The notes under the pieces are model-generated. The model had not been told where the DNA came from. It saw only the letters and a program-made list of their open reading frames with translations, and did no database searches. Made by a program: the position numbers and the translations under genes. Shown here in pieces: positions 25,024-34,771 of a stretch of 50,971 nt of DNA. Source of the stretch: Escherichia phage herni; the sequence record NC_049823.1; one strand, written 5' to 3'. The stretch's first letter is position 1, and every line of letters begins with the position of its first letter.

Positions 25024-25331
25024 TTTACATTCACACTTACGGGATCTGGAAGTTTGCCAACAAGCAGATCCGAAATATTTACGACACGCTCGACGATGCT
25101 AAAGCACAGCAACGCGTTTTGGGTGGTGTAATTCAGGCTTTTGAGCCTGTGGAAGATATTGAGCACCGCGAGCATTTAAAAGATGTTGTCATTGATGAGA
25201 TCTCTTGCTTGATTGATGATATGACAAATCACGGGCCTGGTTCTCCGTGGGAAGAAGCCGGATCGACGGAGTGGGATTGCGCTAAAGTTGCAACGCTTAA
25301 CAAATTTCGTGAGTTGCTCGACGATTTTTAA
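25020..25331 (+). CDS. hypothetical protein (103 aa)
   Basis: ORF track. Confidence 0.5.
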   Translation: MIYIHTYGIWKFANKQIRNIYDTLDDAKAQQRVLGGVIQAFEPVEDIEHREHLKDVVIDEISCLIDDMTNHGPGSPWEEAGSTEWDCAKVATLNKFRELLDDF

Positions 25332-25401
25332 TTAAAATTGAATGCCTCATACAGCGAACAGGACGCATTTTGACGAGGCATTTTTAAGGTAAGGTGATTC
25401 A

Positions 25402-25530
25402 ATGGATAACTACATAAAACCTTCGCAATGGTGCGCGCAGAAGCAAGAGGAAGCATTAGAGCGCGGCGATACTGAAACAGCAATGCATTATTTCGAAATG
25501 TACAACTTGTGGAAGGGTAGAGGTCTGTAA
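25402..25530 (+). CDS. possible 42-aa protein
   Basis: MDNYIKPSQWCAQKQEEALERGDTETAMHYFEMYNLWKGRGL; AAGGTGA Shine-Dalgarno; stop overlaps the next start. Confidence 0.3.
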   Translation: MDNYIKPSQWCAQKQEEALERGDTETAMHYFEMYNLWKGRGL

Positions 25531-25760
25531 TGTTTGGAATGAACGAGGCACAATTCAACGCTGCAAAACGCCAGGCTAAGAAGTGCGGCGAGGCAATGAA
25601 GGCGGATGTTGAAAAGCGCGGGAAGTATGTTGATGAAGTTATGAAGGGAATTATTGCCGAACATTATCAGCCAGTTGCGCCAATGCTGACAATCACCCAA
25701 TTCATCTGGTTGTGTGGTTATCTTCGCGGGAGATGGGGAAGCGCATTTGACCGCGAATGA
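25530..25760 (+). CDS. hypothetical protein (76 aa)
   Basis: ORF track. Confidence 0.5.
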   Translation: MFGMNEAQFNAAKRQAKKCGEAMKADVEKRGKYVDEVMKGIIAEHYQPVAPMLTITQFIWLCGYLRGRWGSAFDRE

Positions 25761-25850
25761 TTGACAACGATTTCCTGATTGGATAGCATATCAATCGTTT
25801 ACATAAGAGCGGCTAAGGCCGAACGGGTGGCGCGGTTGCCACGCAACAAC

Positions 25851-25892
25851 GGCGATATGCAGGTTTTTACCGTAAGACGTATCGCCTTTTTT
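25851..25892 (+). terminator. putative terminator (long-loop hairpin plus T-run)
   Basis: GGCGATA-n22-TATCGCC followed by TTTTTTAT. Confidence 0.35.
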
Positions 25893-25904
25893 ATAGGTGA
25901 ATAT

Positions 25905-26138
25905 ATGGAAAAGTACAAATTAACTTTCATGTTTGATGGCATGGTGATGAATCCAATAAATGGTTACGCTTGCAATAGCTTTTCTGTTACCGTGAATGAT
26001 GATGAAATTGATGATGATGGTAAATTTATTCGAATAGGTGATTACATTTATCCTATTCACAATATCAATTGCATCAAGCGCGAGATTGTTAATGATGAAG
26101 TACAAAGTAAAGCTGACAATCAGACGAATGGGGCGTAA
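25905..26138 (+). CDS. hypothetical protein (77 aa)
   Basis: Start at MEKYKLTF with AGGTGA Shine-Dalgarno; the track start 25779 reads through the terminator. Confidence 0.45.
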   Translation: MEKYKLTFMFDGMVMNPINGYACNSFSVTVNDDEIDDDGKFIRIGDYIYPIHNINCIKREIVNDEVQSKADNQTNGA

Positions 26139-26280
26139 TTGCTCTTCATGCAAACAAATTTTTGAATGTGAGGTTGAAGCGCGCGGAGAGCTTGAGGCAG
26201 CAGCAAGAGCAAAAGAGTTGTCCGGCGCTAATCAAGACACTCACCAGTTTTCAATAGATCTTGTAAGAAAAATATCATGA
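26095..26280 (+). CDS. hypothetical protein; start uncertain
   Basis: Track ORF 26038-26280; the first ATG overlaps the previous gene. Confidence 0.3.
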   Translation: MKYKVKLTIRRMGRNCSSCKQIFECEVEARGELEAAARAKELSGANQDTHQFSIDLVRKIS

Positions 26281-26516
26281 GTTCTGTAATTATTGGTTTG
26301 GTTTCTTTAATCATTGGTGTTCTAATCGGCTTTGTTGCTGTATCTTTCGTGGTGGCTGTTGGCGTTCGCTATAAGTCAAAAAAGGGTGAATTTGCTTTAG
26401 CGTTTTGGGATGAAGAGCAGAAAGTTTGGCAGGTTCGCGGTCACTATTTATCAATCGGTGGCATGATTCACAGCACTATGAAAACAAATCCAGAGAAAGT
26501 AAAATACAAGTATTGA
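26277..26516 (+). CDS. membrane protein with N-terminal transmembrane helix (79 aa)
   Basis: VIIGLVSLIIGVLIGFVAVSFVVAVGV. Confidence 0.5.
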   Translation: MSSVIIGLVSLIIGVLIGFVAVSFVVAVGVRYKSKKGEFALAFWDEEQKVWQVRGHYLSIGGMIHSTMKTNPEKVKYKY

Positions 26517-26522
26517 CCAACT

Positions 26523-26547
26523 ACCCGTCAAATGGCGGGTTTTTTAT
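26523..26547 (+). terminator. putative rho-independent terminator
   Basis: ACCCG-n8-CGGGT followed by TTTTTTATT. Confidence 0.45.
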
Positions 26548-26596
26548 TGCCTGCAATTTGTCTATAATGATGCTTTGTTATAAAGGAGGGCGCATT

Positions 26597-27118
26597 ATGG
26601 CTAAAAACGTTGAGCCAGCCGTAAAGGCTTGCAATTTTAAAAAACTATATAATAAGCAATATGGCGATATAGCAAAAATGACAAAGGCGCACAAGTACAC
26701 GCCGGAACAGGTATTTGATCTTGCTGTTCGTTACTTTACGTGGGCCGAGGAAAATCATATACAGGCTGCGGAAACGGCATCCTTTCAGGGTGACGTATAC
26801 GAAAGCAAGATTCACAAGCCGCGAGTGTTCACCTTAAACGGATTCCGATTATTCGCTGGCCTTTCTGCTTCCGTACTTGAAAAATGGCGACGTGAGCCAG
26901 GATTCAGCGAGGTTATGGACTTTATCGACGGCGTTGTTTACGAGCAAAAATTCCAGCTTGCTGCAAACAATATTGTTAACGCCGGATTCATTGGTAAAGA
27001 GATCGGCATTGAAAAGCCAGCCACCGTTACCATTGAGAATAACACAAGCGCCAGCGTTGACGCTGTAACGGCGGAGGAAGTCAAAGAGGCGGTAATTGAC
27101 ATTCTGGAGAAGATATAA
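26597..27118 (+). CDS. terS: terminase small subunit (putative)
   Basis: 173 aa, immediately upstream of and translationally coupled to the large terminase; AAAGGAGGG Shine-Dalgarno; assignment is mainly positional. Confidence 0.55.
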   Translation: MAKNVEPAVKACNFKKLYNKQYGDIAKMTKAHKYTPEQVFDLAVRYFTWAEENHIQAAETASFQGDVYESKIHKPRVFTLNGFRLFAGLSASVLEKWRREPGFSEVMDFIDGVVYEQKFQLAANNIVNAGFIGKEIGIEKPATVTIENNTSASVDAVTAEEVKEAVIDILEKI

Positions 27119-28686
27119 TGCTGATTTGGGAAGACTTAACAGCGGCGCAAAAACGCGCCGTTAAGGAAATGAGCGAATATTCATTCGAAAAGATGATCCG
27201 CATTTGGTTTCAGTTATTGCAAGGTCAGAAATTCTTAGGAAACTGGCATTTCAGTTACCTATGTAGCGAAGTTGAAAAAATCATCAAAGGCGAGTCACAG
27301 AATGTAATTTTCAACATAACGCCAGGCAGTGGTAAAACAGAGATATTCTCGATCCACATGTCACCTTATGCGTCATTGAAAAGTAAGAAGGTGCGAAATC
27401 TTAATCTTTCGTTTAGTGATGGCCTTGTCCAGCAGAATAGCAACCGCATCAAAGAGATTATTGGTTCTCCAGAATGGCAGGAGCTATGGCCTGGAAAGCT
27501 GGCAAAGGCGAGCGCAAAGGATTTGATTGTAACCGATGGCGGCAAGGTTAAATTGCAAGTTAACTCGCGTTCTATCGGTGGTCAGGTTACTGGTCTGCGT
27601 GGCGGCTACATGGATGATGGATTTACTGGTATGCTGGTTCTTGACGATCCAGACAAGCCGGATGATATGCTTTCTAAGGTGAAGCGCGAAGCCGGACACA
27701 TGCGCCTAAAGAACACGGTGCGATCACGTCGAATGAAGGACACCACGCCAATCGTAATGGTCCAGCAACGGCTACACGTCAATGATTCAACATGGTTCAT
27801 GACAAACGGCGGCATGGGCGGCATCCAGTTTAAGGTGGTCAGTATTCCGGCGCTCGTTACTAAGGGATATCGCGAAACGCTTCCTGATTGGTTAAAGCCT
27901 GAGTTTGATCGCGATGTTTTGTCCAGTAAGCCAGTAATGATTGATGGTGTTGCTCATTATTCATTCTGGCCTGCTAAGGAAAGCGCGGAGGAATTACTTG
28001 CACTTCGAAATGCTGATCCGTACACGTTTGCTAGTCAGTATCAGCAACAGCCTGTTGCGCTTGGCGGCAACGTGTTTAAAACAGAGTGGTTTCAGTATTA
28101 CGGTAGCAGCGAGAAATGCACGCTACCAAAACCGGATCGCTTTGAATATACATTTATCACGGTTGATACCGCGCAGAAAACAGGGGAGCTTAACGACTAC
28201 TCCGTGATCTGTTATTGGGGGATGTATAAAGATCGCGTTTACTTCATTGATGGTGTTCGCGGAAAATGGGAAGCGCCAGACCTTGAGACTAATTTTGTTG
28301 CGTTCGTTAATCAGTGCTGGAAGCGCAATAAAGAATGCGGAACGTTGAGAAGGATTCATGTTGAAGATAAATCGTCTGGCACTGGCTTGATTCAGAGCGC
28401 AGCGAAAAAAATCATGATCAAGATCAATCCCGTTCAGCGCGATAAAGACAAGGTTACTCGTGCAATGGACGCAGCGCCAGTAATGCGCGCCGGACGTGTA
28501 GCACTTCCAGAATCCCACCCTATGCTGGCTGAGATACTGGCTGAAGTTGCGGCGTTTACATTCGATGATTCGCATCCTCATGATGATATTGTTGATAACA
28601 TCATTGATGCTGTTAACATTGAAATGAACATGGCAGATGATCCGGTAGGAAGAATGAAAAAATTGGCAGGTTTGCGGAACAAATAG
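27118..28686 (+). CDS. terL: terminase large subunit
   Basis: 522 aa; acidic VLDDPDKPDD ATPase-type motif; size and position before the portal gene. Confidence 0.8.
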   Translation: MLIWEDLTAAQKRAVKEMSEYSFEKMIRIWFQLLQGQKFLGNWHFSYLCSEVEKIIKGESQNVIFNITPGSGKTEIFSIHMSPYASLKSKKVRNLNLSFSDGLVQQNSNRIKEIIGSPEWQELWPGKLAKASAKDLIVTDGGKVKLQVNSRSIGGQVTGLRGGYMDDGFTGMLVLDDPDKPDDMLSKVKREAGHMRLKNTVRSRRMKDTTPIVMVQQRLHVNDSTWFMTNGGMGGIQFKVVSIPALVTKGYRETLPDWLKPEFDRDVLSSKPVMIDGVAHYSFWPAKESAEELLALRNADPYTFASQYQQQPVALGGNVFKTEWFQYYGSSEKCTLPKPDRFEYTFITVDTAQKTGELNDYSVICYWGMYKDRVYFIDGVRGKWEAPDLETNFVAFVNQCWKRNKECGTLRRIHVEDKSSGTGLIQSAAKKIMIKINPVQRDKDKVTRAMDAAPVMRAGRVALPESHPMLAEILAEVAAFTFDDSHPHDDIVDNIIDAVNIEMNMADDPVGRMKKLAGLRNK

Positions 28687-28700
28687 CACGAATCGACAAA
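28681..28700 (+). promoter_or_regulatory. conserved intergenic motif variant AAATAGCACGAATCGACAAA (no hairpin, terminator follows)
   Basis: Motif copy containing the TAG stop of terL. Confidence 0.35.
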
Positions 28701-28715
28701 CCAATATATAATCAA

Positions 28716-28741
28716 AGGCTGGTAAATCCAGCCTTTTTTAT
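28716..28741 (+). terminator. rho-independent terminator
   Basis: AGGCTGG-taaat-CCAGCCT followed by TTTTTTATT. Confidence 0.6.
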
Positions 28742-28754
28742 TGGAGGAAAGATA

Positions 28755-30035
28755 ATGAGTAAATCACGAATCGTTAAGGCTGACGGCTATAACGAGATCT
28801 TTAAAGGCGAGAATTGCAAATCGCGAGTAGAGCAACCATTCTACATGCAATCAATGCCATACAAGACACTTGCTGACTTTTACGAAAAAGATGGCCTGGC
28901 AAAAAGGATTATTGACGTAGTACCAGAGGAAATGGTTTCCCCTGGCTTTACTGTTGACGGCGTGGCAGACGAGGCGGCATTCCGTTCTTTGTGGGATGAG
29001 AAGCGATTGAATGCAAAAATCATTGATGCGCTTTGCTGGTCGCGTTTGTTTGGCGGATCTGCAATCATTGCTCTTGTTCAGGATGGGCGAGCGCTCAAAT
29101 CACCTGTAAAGCCTGGAGCTATTCTGGAAGATGTGCGCGTTTATGATCGTTATCAGATTCGCGTTGAAGCGCGCGAAACTAATCCCCGCAAGGTTCGCTA
29201 TGGTGAGCCAGTGCTTTACACTGTAACGCCAGGCGGAGACTTGCCGGAATACCAGGTACACTACACGCGAGTTTGCATTATCGATGGTGAGCGGATACCT
29301 AACGCAAAACGACGCAGCAATGATGGATGGGGTGAGTCAGTTCTTAACAAGCGACTTATTGAGGCTATTGTTGATTATAACTATTGTGAAACATTAGCGA
29401 CGCAATTATTGCGAAGAAAACAACAGGCAGTATGGAAAGTTAAAGGTCTTGCGGACTTGTGTGATGATGAGGAAGGTGTTAGCGCGGCACGCCTGAGACT
29501 TGCGCAGGTTGACGACGAGGGCGGCGTAGGCAAGTCCATTGGTATTGATGCTGAGGATGAGGAATATGATGTTCTTAACTCTGACATTAGCGGCGTTGAT
29601 TCTTTTCTGGAAAAGAAAATGGATCGCATAGTTTCCCTTTCAGGTATTCATGAAATCATCCTGAAAAATAAAAACGTTGGCGGCGTTAGCGCAAGCCAAA
29701 ACACGGCGCTTGAAACATTCTATAAGCTGATTGAAAGAAAACGCGTTGAGGATTACAAGCCTATCCTTGAATTTCTATTGCCGTTCATCATTAGTGAACA
29801 GGAGTGGAGCATTGAGTTTTCACCTTTGAGCGTACCTAGCGATAAAGATCAGGCTGAAATTCTGAATAAGAATATCGACTCAATCAGCAAGGCTATTGAT
29901 GGTCAGTTCCTTGATGTTGAAGAGGCGCGCGACACGTTGCGAGCAATCGCCCCAAGCGTTAAACTAAAGGACACTAATAAAATCAAGCTGCCGGAGCCAA
30001 CTGAGCCGGAGCCAGGCACACAGGGGAATGAGTAA
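28755..30035 (+). CDS. portal protein
   Basis: 426 aa directly downstream of the terminase; GGAGGAAA Shine-Dalgarno; acidic C-terminus. Confidence 0.75.
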   Translation: MSKSRIVKADGYNEIFKGENCKSRVEQPFYMQSMPYKTLADFYEKDGLAKRIIDVVPEEMVSPGFTVDGVADEAAFRSLWDEKRLNAKIIDALCWSRLFGGSAIIALVQDGRALKSPVKPGAILEDVRVYDRYQIRVEARETNPRKVRYGEPVLYTVTPGGDLPEYQVHYTRVCIIDGERIPNAKRRSNDGWGESVLNKRLIEAIVDYNYCETLATQLLRRKQQAVWKVKGLADLCDDEEGVSAARLRLAQVDDEGGVGKSIGIDAEDEEYDVLNSDISGVDSFLEKKMDRIVSLSGIHEIILKNKNVGGVSASQNTALETFYKLIERKRVEDYKPILEFLLPFIISEQEWSIEFSPLSVPSDKDQAEILNKNIDSISKAIDGQFLDVEEARDTLRAIAPSVKLKDTNKIKLPEPTEPEPGTQGNE

Positions 30036-30799
30036 TGAAAGTGAAGGGCGTCGTTAAACAATGGCGCTTTCCTGAAGCAAGCGAGCGGCAATTTAGCCGC
30101 TCAATTCAGGAGGCAATTAGAGATCTTGTGGTTCTCATGCGCAAGCGAACAAAAGCGATGAAGTTTGACGCAACAGATAATGAGATCAACAGCGCAGAAG
30201 ATGAAATTAACAGCCTGGCAACTGACCTTATAGCTGGCATTGTTTCCACTCTTCCTGCAATCGCGTTGACCATTTATAAATTCAATGCGAAGCAGTTTAT
30301 CAATGTTGCCAAGTCAACTGGCGGAAAGGATAACACGGCGGTAATTGTTTTGATCGCGATTGGCGCTAACGCTAACGAGGAGTGGTATCAGACGCTTTAC
30401 GGTCAATGGCACGGCCTTACAGAATCATCGCTAAGGAAGCTATTCACAAATATTGTGTCTGACTGGTCAACAAACATTCGCAATGCAAACTTTCGCGGAA
30501 GCAATGATAAACAGGTTAATGATCTTGCAGAAAAGAGATTTGCTGTTTATAGCTCTTGGGGTAAAACTAGATCAGAAAACATTATCGGCGCGTGGAATAG
30601 TCGCCTGATGCGCCAGCGCCTTTATGATGCTAAGGTGACTCATTATTTCTGGCATGGGATGTTAGATGATAGAGAGCGATTGCAGCATGTATTATGGGAA
30701 GGTAAAAGAATAGCGCTTGATGCAATTCATGATTTCCCTGGTGAGCCGTGGGGTTGCCGTTGCTGGGCGATTCCAGATTGGAATAATAAAGGAGAGTAA
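30035..30799 (+). CDS. head morphogenesis (minor head) protein
   Basis: 254 aa, coupled to the portal stop; assignment is positional. Confidence 0.45.
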   Translation: MKVKGVVKQWRFPEASERQFSRSIQEAIRDLVVLMRKRTKAMKFDATDNEINSAEDEINSLATDLIAGIVSTLPAIALTIYKFNAKQFINVAKSTGGKDNTAVIVLIAIGANANEEWYQTLYGQWHGLTESSLRKLFTNIVSDWSTNIRNANFRGSNDKQVNDLAEKRFAVYSSWGKTRSENIIGAWNSRLMRQRLYDAKVTHYFWHGMLDDRERLQHVLWEGKRIALDAIHDFPGEPWGCRCWAIPDWNNKGE

Positions 30800-30802
30800 T
30801 TA

Positions 30803-31915
30803 ATGAAGGCAAAACAAAGATTTGATAGCGTCCAGGTTAAGGCGCATTTTGATGATAATGGATTTTTAGTGGATCGCCCAATTGTGGCGCGAATTGGTTT
30901 GCAGGAGTACCGCACACCGTATGGAATCAGACGAGAGTTCCGACCAGCGTCAGAGGTATTTAAGGCTGATTCGCTTGCTACGTTCGCAGGCAAGCCGATC
31001 ACTATCGGTCACGTCACAGTGACTCCAGATAATGCGGATCAGGTTGTTGTTGGTTCATGCGCTGGCGCTGGTGTTCCAAATGGGATTGGCGTTGAAGTTC
31101 CGTTAAGCATTTACTCAAAGCGAGCAATTGAGAGCGCAAAAAAGAAAGACACAGCGGAAATTTCAGTTGGTTACACATCGGTTGATATTGACAAGCCAGG
31201 CTGGGGTAATAATAAAACCGGTGATTACTTGTTTGAGGAAGACCTAAAGGAAGACTGGAAGCCTGATTCTCCTGATTGGGTTAAATTTGACGCCATTCAG
31301 ACGAATATCCGTGTTAATCACATTGCACTTGTCTTTCGTGGTCGTGCTGGCATTGCCAAATTAAATCTTGATAGTGAACAGGATTTTCCGTATAGTGACG
31401 AGGTTCTAAATGACAAAGGAGATGAGGAAATGACAGTAAAAATCAAACTTGATGGCGCGGTAGAATTTGATGTTCCAAAGGCCGTTGCTGATCATATTGA
31501 GGCGTTAAAGGCAGATGCAAAAGCTGCAACCGAAAAAGCTGATGGCCTTGAGGCCGAGCGCGACGCCCTGAAAACTAAAGTCGATGGCATTCCGGCGCAG
31601 ATTGCAGAAGCTGTTAAGAAGGCAAAGACTGACGCAGAAGAACATGCCAAGCTGGTTGCAGATGCAACAGAAATTGGCATCAAGTGTGACGGCTTGGACG
31701 CTAAAGCGATCAAGGTTGCTTACGTCAAGGAAGTCACTGGCGCTGATATTTCAGAAAAAGCCGATGCATATATTGAAACAGCTTTTGACCTTGCGAAGCA
31801 GTCTGATAAAATGGCGGCGCAGCGTAAATCTGTTAAGGGCGATTCTTTCGAATCTGGCAAGAGTGAAAAAACCGACTCCCTTGATCCGACTGCGCGTTTG
31901 AAAAAACTTAAATAA
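30803..31915 (+). CDS. prohead protease or scaffold protein (coiled-coil C-terminus)
   Basis: 370 aa; C-terminal Ala/Lys/Glu-rich coiled coil (AVADHIEALKADAKAATEKADGLEAERDALKTK) typical of scaffolds; position before the capsid gene. Confidence 0.5.
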   Translation: MKAKQRFDSVQVKAHFDDNGFLVDRPIVARIGLQEYRTPYGIRREFRPASEVFKADSLATFAGKPITIGHVTVTPDNADQVVVGSCAGAGVPNGIGVEVPLSIYSKRAIESAKKKDTAEISVGYTSVDIDKPGWGNNKTGDYLFEEDLKEDWKPDSPDWVKFDAIQTNIRVNHIALVFRGRAGIAKLNLDSEQDFPYSDEVLNDKGDEEMTVKIKLDGAVEFDVPKAVADHIEALKADAKAATEKADGLEAERDALKTKVDGIPAQIAEAVKKAKTDAEEHAKLVADATEIGIKCDGLDAKAIKVAYVKEVTGADISEKADAYIETAFDLAKQSDKMAAQRKSVKGDSFESGKSEKTDSLDPTARLKKLK

Positions 31916-31927
31916 GGAGAAATAAAC

Positions 31928-32440
31928 ATGGCTACAATTGGAGCAAGTTATTTTGCTGTAATGTCTCGTGCGTTACCTGGTCAGGTTTCTGACACTTCAG
32001 CTTATAATATTGATGGCGCTTGTGTTCTTGAGAATGCGGAAGGCAACCAGAACAAAAACATTTTTGTTGGTGTTGCAATCCAGCATGGCGGCGTTGATGC
32101 TATGGGCAATAAGCTAATTAAGCCGATGGCGGCAAGCGGCAAGGCTTACGGTGTTGCAATTCGATCCCACTTCCAGACGACTTCTGCTGACGGTCGAATG
32201 ATTTATGAATCTGGCGGCGGAATCAACGTAATGACTGAAGGGCGTGTTTGGATGTTGGCTAAAGACGCCACCGCGCCAGCGTTCGGCACTACAATCAAAC
32301 TGTCTGAGGATGGTCAGGTTGATACCGCGTCTGGCACTATCGAAACCAACTGGATCGCGACTGGTGATTTCACCGAGTTTCAAGGCTTGAAGCTGGTAGA
32401 GGTTCAGGTGCAAAAAGTTCCGGCAGTTTCAGCAGGTTAA
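31928..32440 (+). CDS. head-associated structural protein (paralogue 1)
   Basis: 170 aa; shares a pattern with the gene at 32486 (G..VW.L......G....DG....G....W..TG); AAGGAGA Shine-Dalgarno. Confidence 0.45.
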   Translation: MATIGASYFAVMSRALPGQVSDTSAYNIDGACVLENAEGNQNKNIFVGVAIQHGGVDAMGNKLIKPMAASGKAYGVAIRSHFQTTSADGRMIYESGGGINVMTEGRVWMLAKDATAPAFGTTIKLSEDGQVDTASGTIETNWIATGDFTEFQGLKLVEVQVQKVPAVSAG

Positions 32441-32447
32441 TAAATAT

Positions 32448-32471
32448 GGCGCTCACTGAGCGCCTTTTTTA
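32448..32471 (+). terminator. rho-independent terminator
   Basis: GGCGCT-cactg-AGCGCC followed by TTTTTTAT. Confidence 0.65.
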
Positions 32472-32485
32472 TATTTGGGGTTATC

Positions 32486-32920
32486 ATGAGTGATTATTCA
32501 GTCATTGTTGGCGCTGAGTCGCCAGGGTGCATGGTCGATTCTTCAATAATGGTGATTAACGGATCTTTCGTGTGCGGAGATGAATTTATTGCGCCAGGTA
32601 AGATTGTTCGACTATCACATATAACAAATGGATACAAAATAGCCAGTATTAATGGGGATCTTGTTATTGGCGTGGCAGTAAGGCCGCTGGACTCGTGCAT
32701 ATATGAGGATGGTGATCCAGTTAGTGTTGTTAGTCGAGGTATTGTGTGGTGCTTAACTTCTGAGAGCGAAGCGCCAGAATATGGAGATAAAGTATTTGTA
32801 ACGCAAGATGGAGATGCGGCATACAGTGAAGGCGACTTACTGAGCGGTTGGATCTTTACTGGCGAACATGTAAAGATTGATCATGATTCATATATTGTCG
32901 GGGTAAGCATTGACTCATAA
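32486..32920 (+). CDS. head-associated structural protein (paralogue 2)
   Basis: 144 aa; similarity to the gene at 31928. Confidence 0.45.
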   Translation: MSDYSVIVGAESPGCMVDSSIMVINGSFVCGDEFIAPGKIVRLSHITNGYKIASINGDLVIGVAVRPLDSCIYEDGDPVSVVSRGIVWCLTSESEAPEYGDKVFVTQDGDAAYSEGDLLSGWIFTGEHVKIDHDSYIVGVSIDS

Positions 32921-32939
32921 CACAAAATTATGTTGCACG

Positions 32940-32957
32940 TTTAACAAAAAATGCTAT
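32940..32957 (-). promoter_or_regulatory. conserved intergenic motif in inverted orientation relative to the downstream capsid gene
   Basis: TTTAACAAAAAATGCTAT on the plus strand. Confidence 0.35.
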
Positions 32958-33003
32958 CATTGGTCCGTTACATACTAACGACCTTTATATATGGAGGAAG
33001 AAA

Positions 33004-33978
33004 ATGGAAAAAGAAAAATTTGATCAGCTAGATGCGGATATTGTTTCTAGCTATCTGGCTACTCGCGGCGTTAAAGGTGATGCGTCCGATATGGGTATCT
33101 GGACGGCGCAAGAGCTTCACAAGATCCGCTCAACTGCTTACGAGAAAGAGTATCCGGCAGGTTCTGCGCTTCGTGTGTTCCCTGTAACTAATGAGCTTTC
33201 TGATACTGATAAAACTTTTGAATACCAGATGTTTGATAAGGTTGGTTACGCAAAAATTATTGCTGATTACACCGATGACCTGCCGACCGTTGACGCGCTG
33301 ATGTCCAGCGAATTTGGTAAAGTGTTCCGCTTGGGTAACGCGTTCTTGATCTCCATTGACGAAATCAAGGCTGGTCAGCGCACTGGCAAGAGCCTTTCCA
33401 CTCGCAAGGCAAACGCAGCGCAAAACGCTCATGATCAGGAAGTTAACCGCCTGGTGTTTAAGGGTTCAAAGCCGCATAAGATTCTTTCAGTGTTTGAACA
33501 CCCTAATCTGACAAAGATCGTGTCAACTGGCTGGTTAAGTGCTGATGAAAACACTAAGTTCCCGCAGGCAGCATCTGATGAACTGGAAAAGGCTATTGAA
33601 ACCATTCAGACCATCACCAATGGTCAGCACCGCGCAACCAATATCCTGATTCCGCCGTCTATGCGCAAGGTTCTTTCCGTTCGAATGGAAAACACCACTG
33701 AAAGTTATCTGGAATACTTCCAGAAACAAAACAGCGGAATCACCATCGACTCAATCGCAGAGCTTGAGGATATTGATGGCACTGGAACGAAAGGTTGTCT
33801 GGTATATGAGAAAGACCCAATGAATATGTCTATCGAAATTCCAGAAGCATTTAACATGCTTCCGGCGCAACCAAAAGATCTGCATTTCAAAGTTCCGTGC
33901 ACTTCAAAATGTACTGGCCTGACGATTTACCGTCCGTTTACGCTAGTGCTTATTACTGGCTTGAAAAAATCAAGTTAA
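33004..33978 (+). CDS. major capsid protein
   Basis: 324 aa; strong GGAGGAAG Shine-Dalgarno; flanked by strong terminators; position in the head module. Confidence 0.65.
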   Translation: MEKEKFDQLDADIVSSYLATRGVKGDASDMGIWTAQELHKIRSTAYEKEYPAGSALRVFPVTNELSDTDKTFEYQMFDKVGYAKIIADYTDDLPTVDALMSSEFGKVFRLGNAFLISIDEIKAGQRTGKSLSTRKANAAQNAHDQEVNRLVFKGSKPHKILSVFEHPNLTKIVSTGWLSADENTKFPQAASDELEKAIETIQTITNGQHRATNILIPPSMRKVLSVRMENTTESYLEYFQKQNSGITIDSIAELEDIDGTGTKGCLVYEKDPMNMSIEIPEAFNMLPAQPKDLHFKVPCTSKCTGLTIYRPFTLVLITGLKKSS

Positions 33979-33990
33979 TCGTATAACATT

Positions 33991-34020
33991 GGGGAATCCT
34001 TAACTGGATTCCCTTTTTTA
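33991..34020 (+). terminator. rho-independent terminator
   Basis: GGGGAATCC-ttaact-GGATTCCC followed by TTTTTTATT. Confidence 0.65.
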
Positions 34021-34034
34021 TTGGAGGTTATGAA

Positions 34035-34307
34035 ATGGCTAAAGAAAAAACTGTAACGCTAAAGGTTTCCGGCGTGTGTCTTATCATTGTTGATGGTGAG
34101 CATTATCATCCAGGCAAAGAGTTTGACGTAGAAGAATCAAAATTGAAAACAAGCGCGTTTGAATATCTAATTGCAAAAGGCGATCTGGAGGTTAAAGATA
34201 ACTCCGCATTGAACGAAGAAATCAAACAGAGCGCAGCAAGCAAACGTAAAAAAGACCCGCGAGAGGGCAAGAGCAAAGCCGAACTTGAAGACGGCGGCAT
34301 CTATTAA
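34035..34307 (+). CDS. hypothetical structural protein (90 aa)
   Basis: ORF track; GGAGG Shine-Dalgarno. Confidence 0.5.
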   Translation: MAKEKTVTLKVSGVCLIIVDGEHYHPGKEFDVEESKLKTSAFEYLIAKGDLEVKDNSALNEEIKQSAASKRKKDPREGKSKAELEDGGIY

Positions 34308-34313
34308 TAAAGA

Positions 34314-34336
34314 GGGCGCTTATAGCGCCCTTTGTC
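34314..34336 (+). terminator. putative terminator
   Basis: GGGCGCT-tat-AGCGCCC followed by TTTGT. Confidence 0.4.
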
Positions 34337-34354
34337 ATATCTGGAGGAAACACA

Positions 34355-34771
34355 ATGGTTGATGAATTTTTCACTGACGCAGAAATCACGCAGCAAATCG
34401 TGAAATTAGCGCCACCGATGAAGCAGATTGATCCAGATTTAATGGTGGCATGGATTGAGCTTGCAAAGGAATTTGTTTGCAAGAAGCGGTTTAAAGAATC
34501 ATATCCAAAAGCGGTTGCTCTTTATACGTTGCACCTTATGACGCTTGACGGAGCTATGAAGCAAGAAGGGGAAAGCGTAGAGAGTTACTCAAGGCGCGTG
34601 GCGTCATTTTCCCTGACTGGTGAATTTAGCCAGACTTTTGATCGAGTGTCAGGCGACTCTGACGGAAAAGAGATTAGACAAACTCCCTGGGGGAAAATGT
34701 ACGAAACGCTAAATCGTAAGAAAGGCGGTGGATTTGGCCTTGTGACTGGATTTCGGAGGAGTTGCAAATGA
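34355..34771 (+). CDS. head-tail connector or adaptor protein (putative)
   Basis: 138 aa; positional. Confidence 0.4.
   Translation: MVDEFFTDAEITQQIVKLAPPMKQIDPDLMVAWIELAKEFVCKKRFKESYPKAVALYTLHLMTLDGAMKQEGESVESYSRRVASFSLTGEFSQTFDRVSGDSDGKEIRQTPWGKMYETLNRKKGGGFGLVTGFRRSCK

Noticed and set aside
28123-28704. 193-aa minus-strand ORF antisense to the large terminase
   Set aside because: Embedded in a conserved essential gene; no start context.
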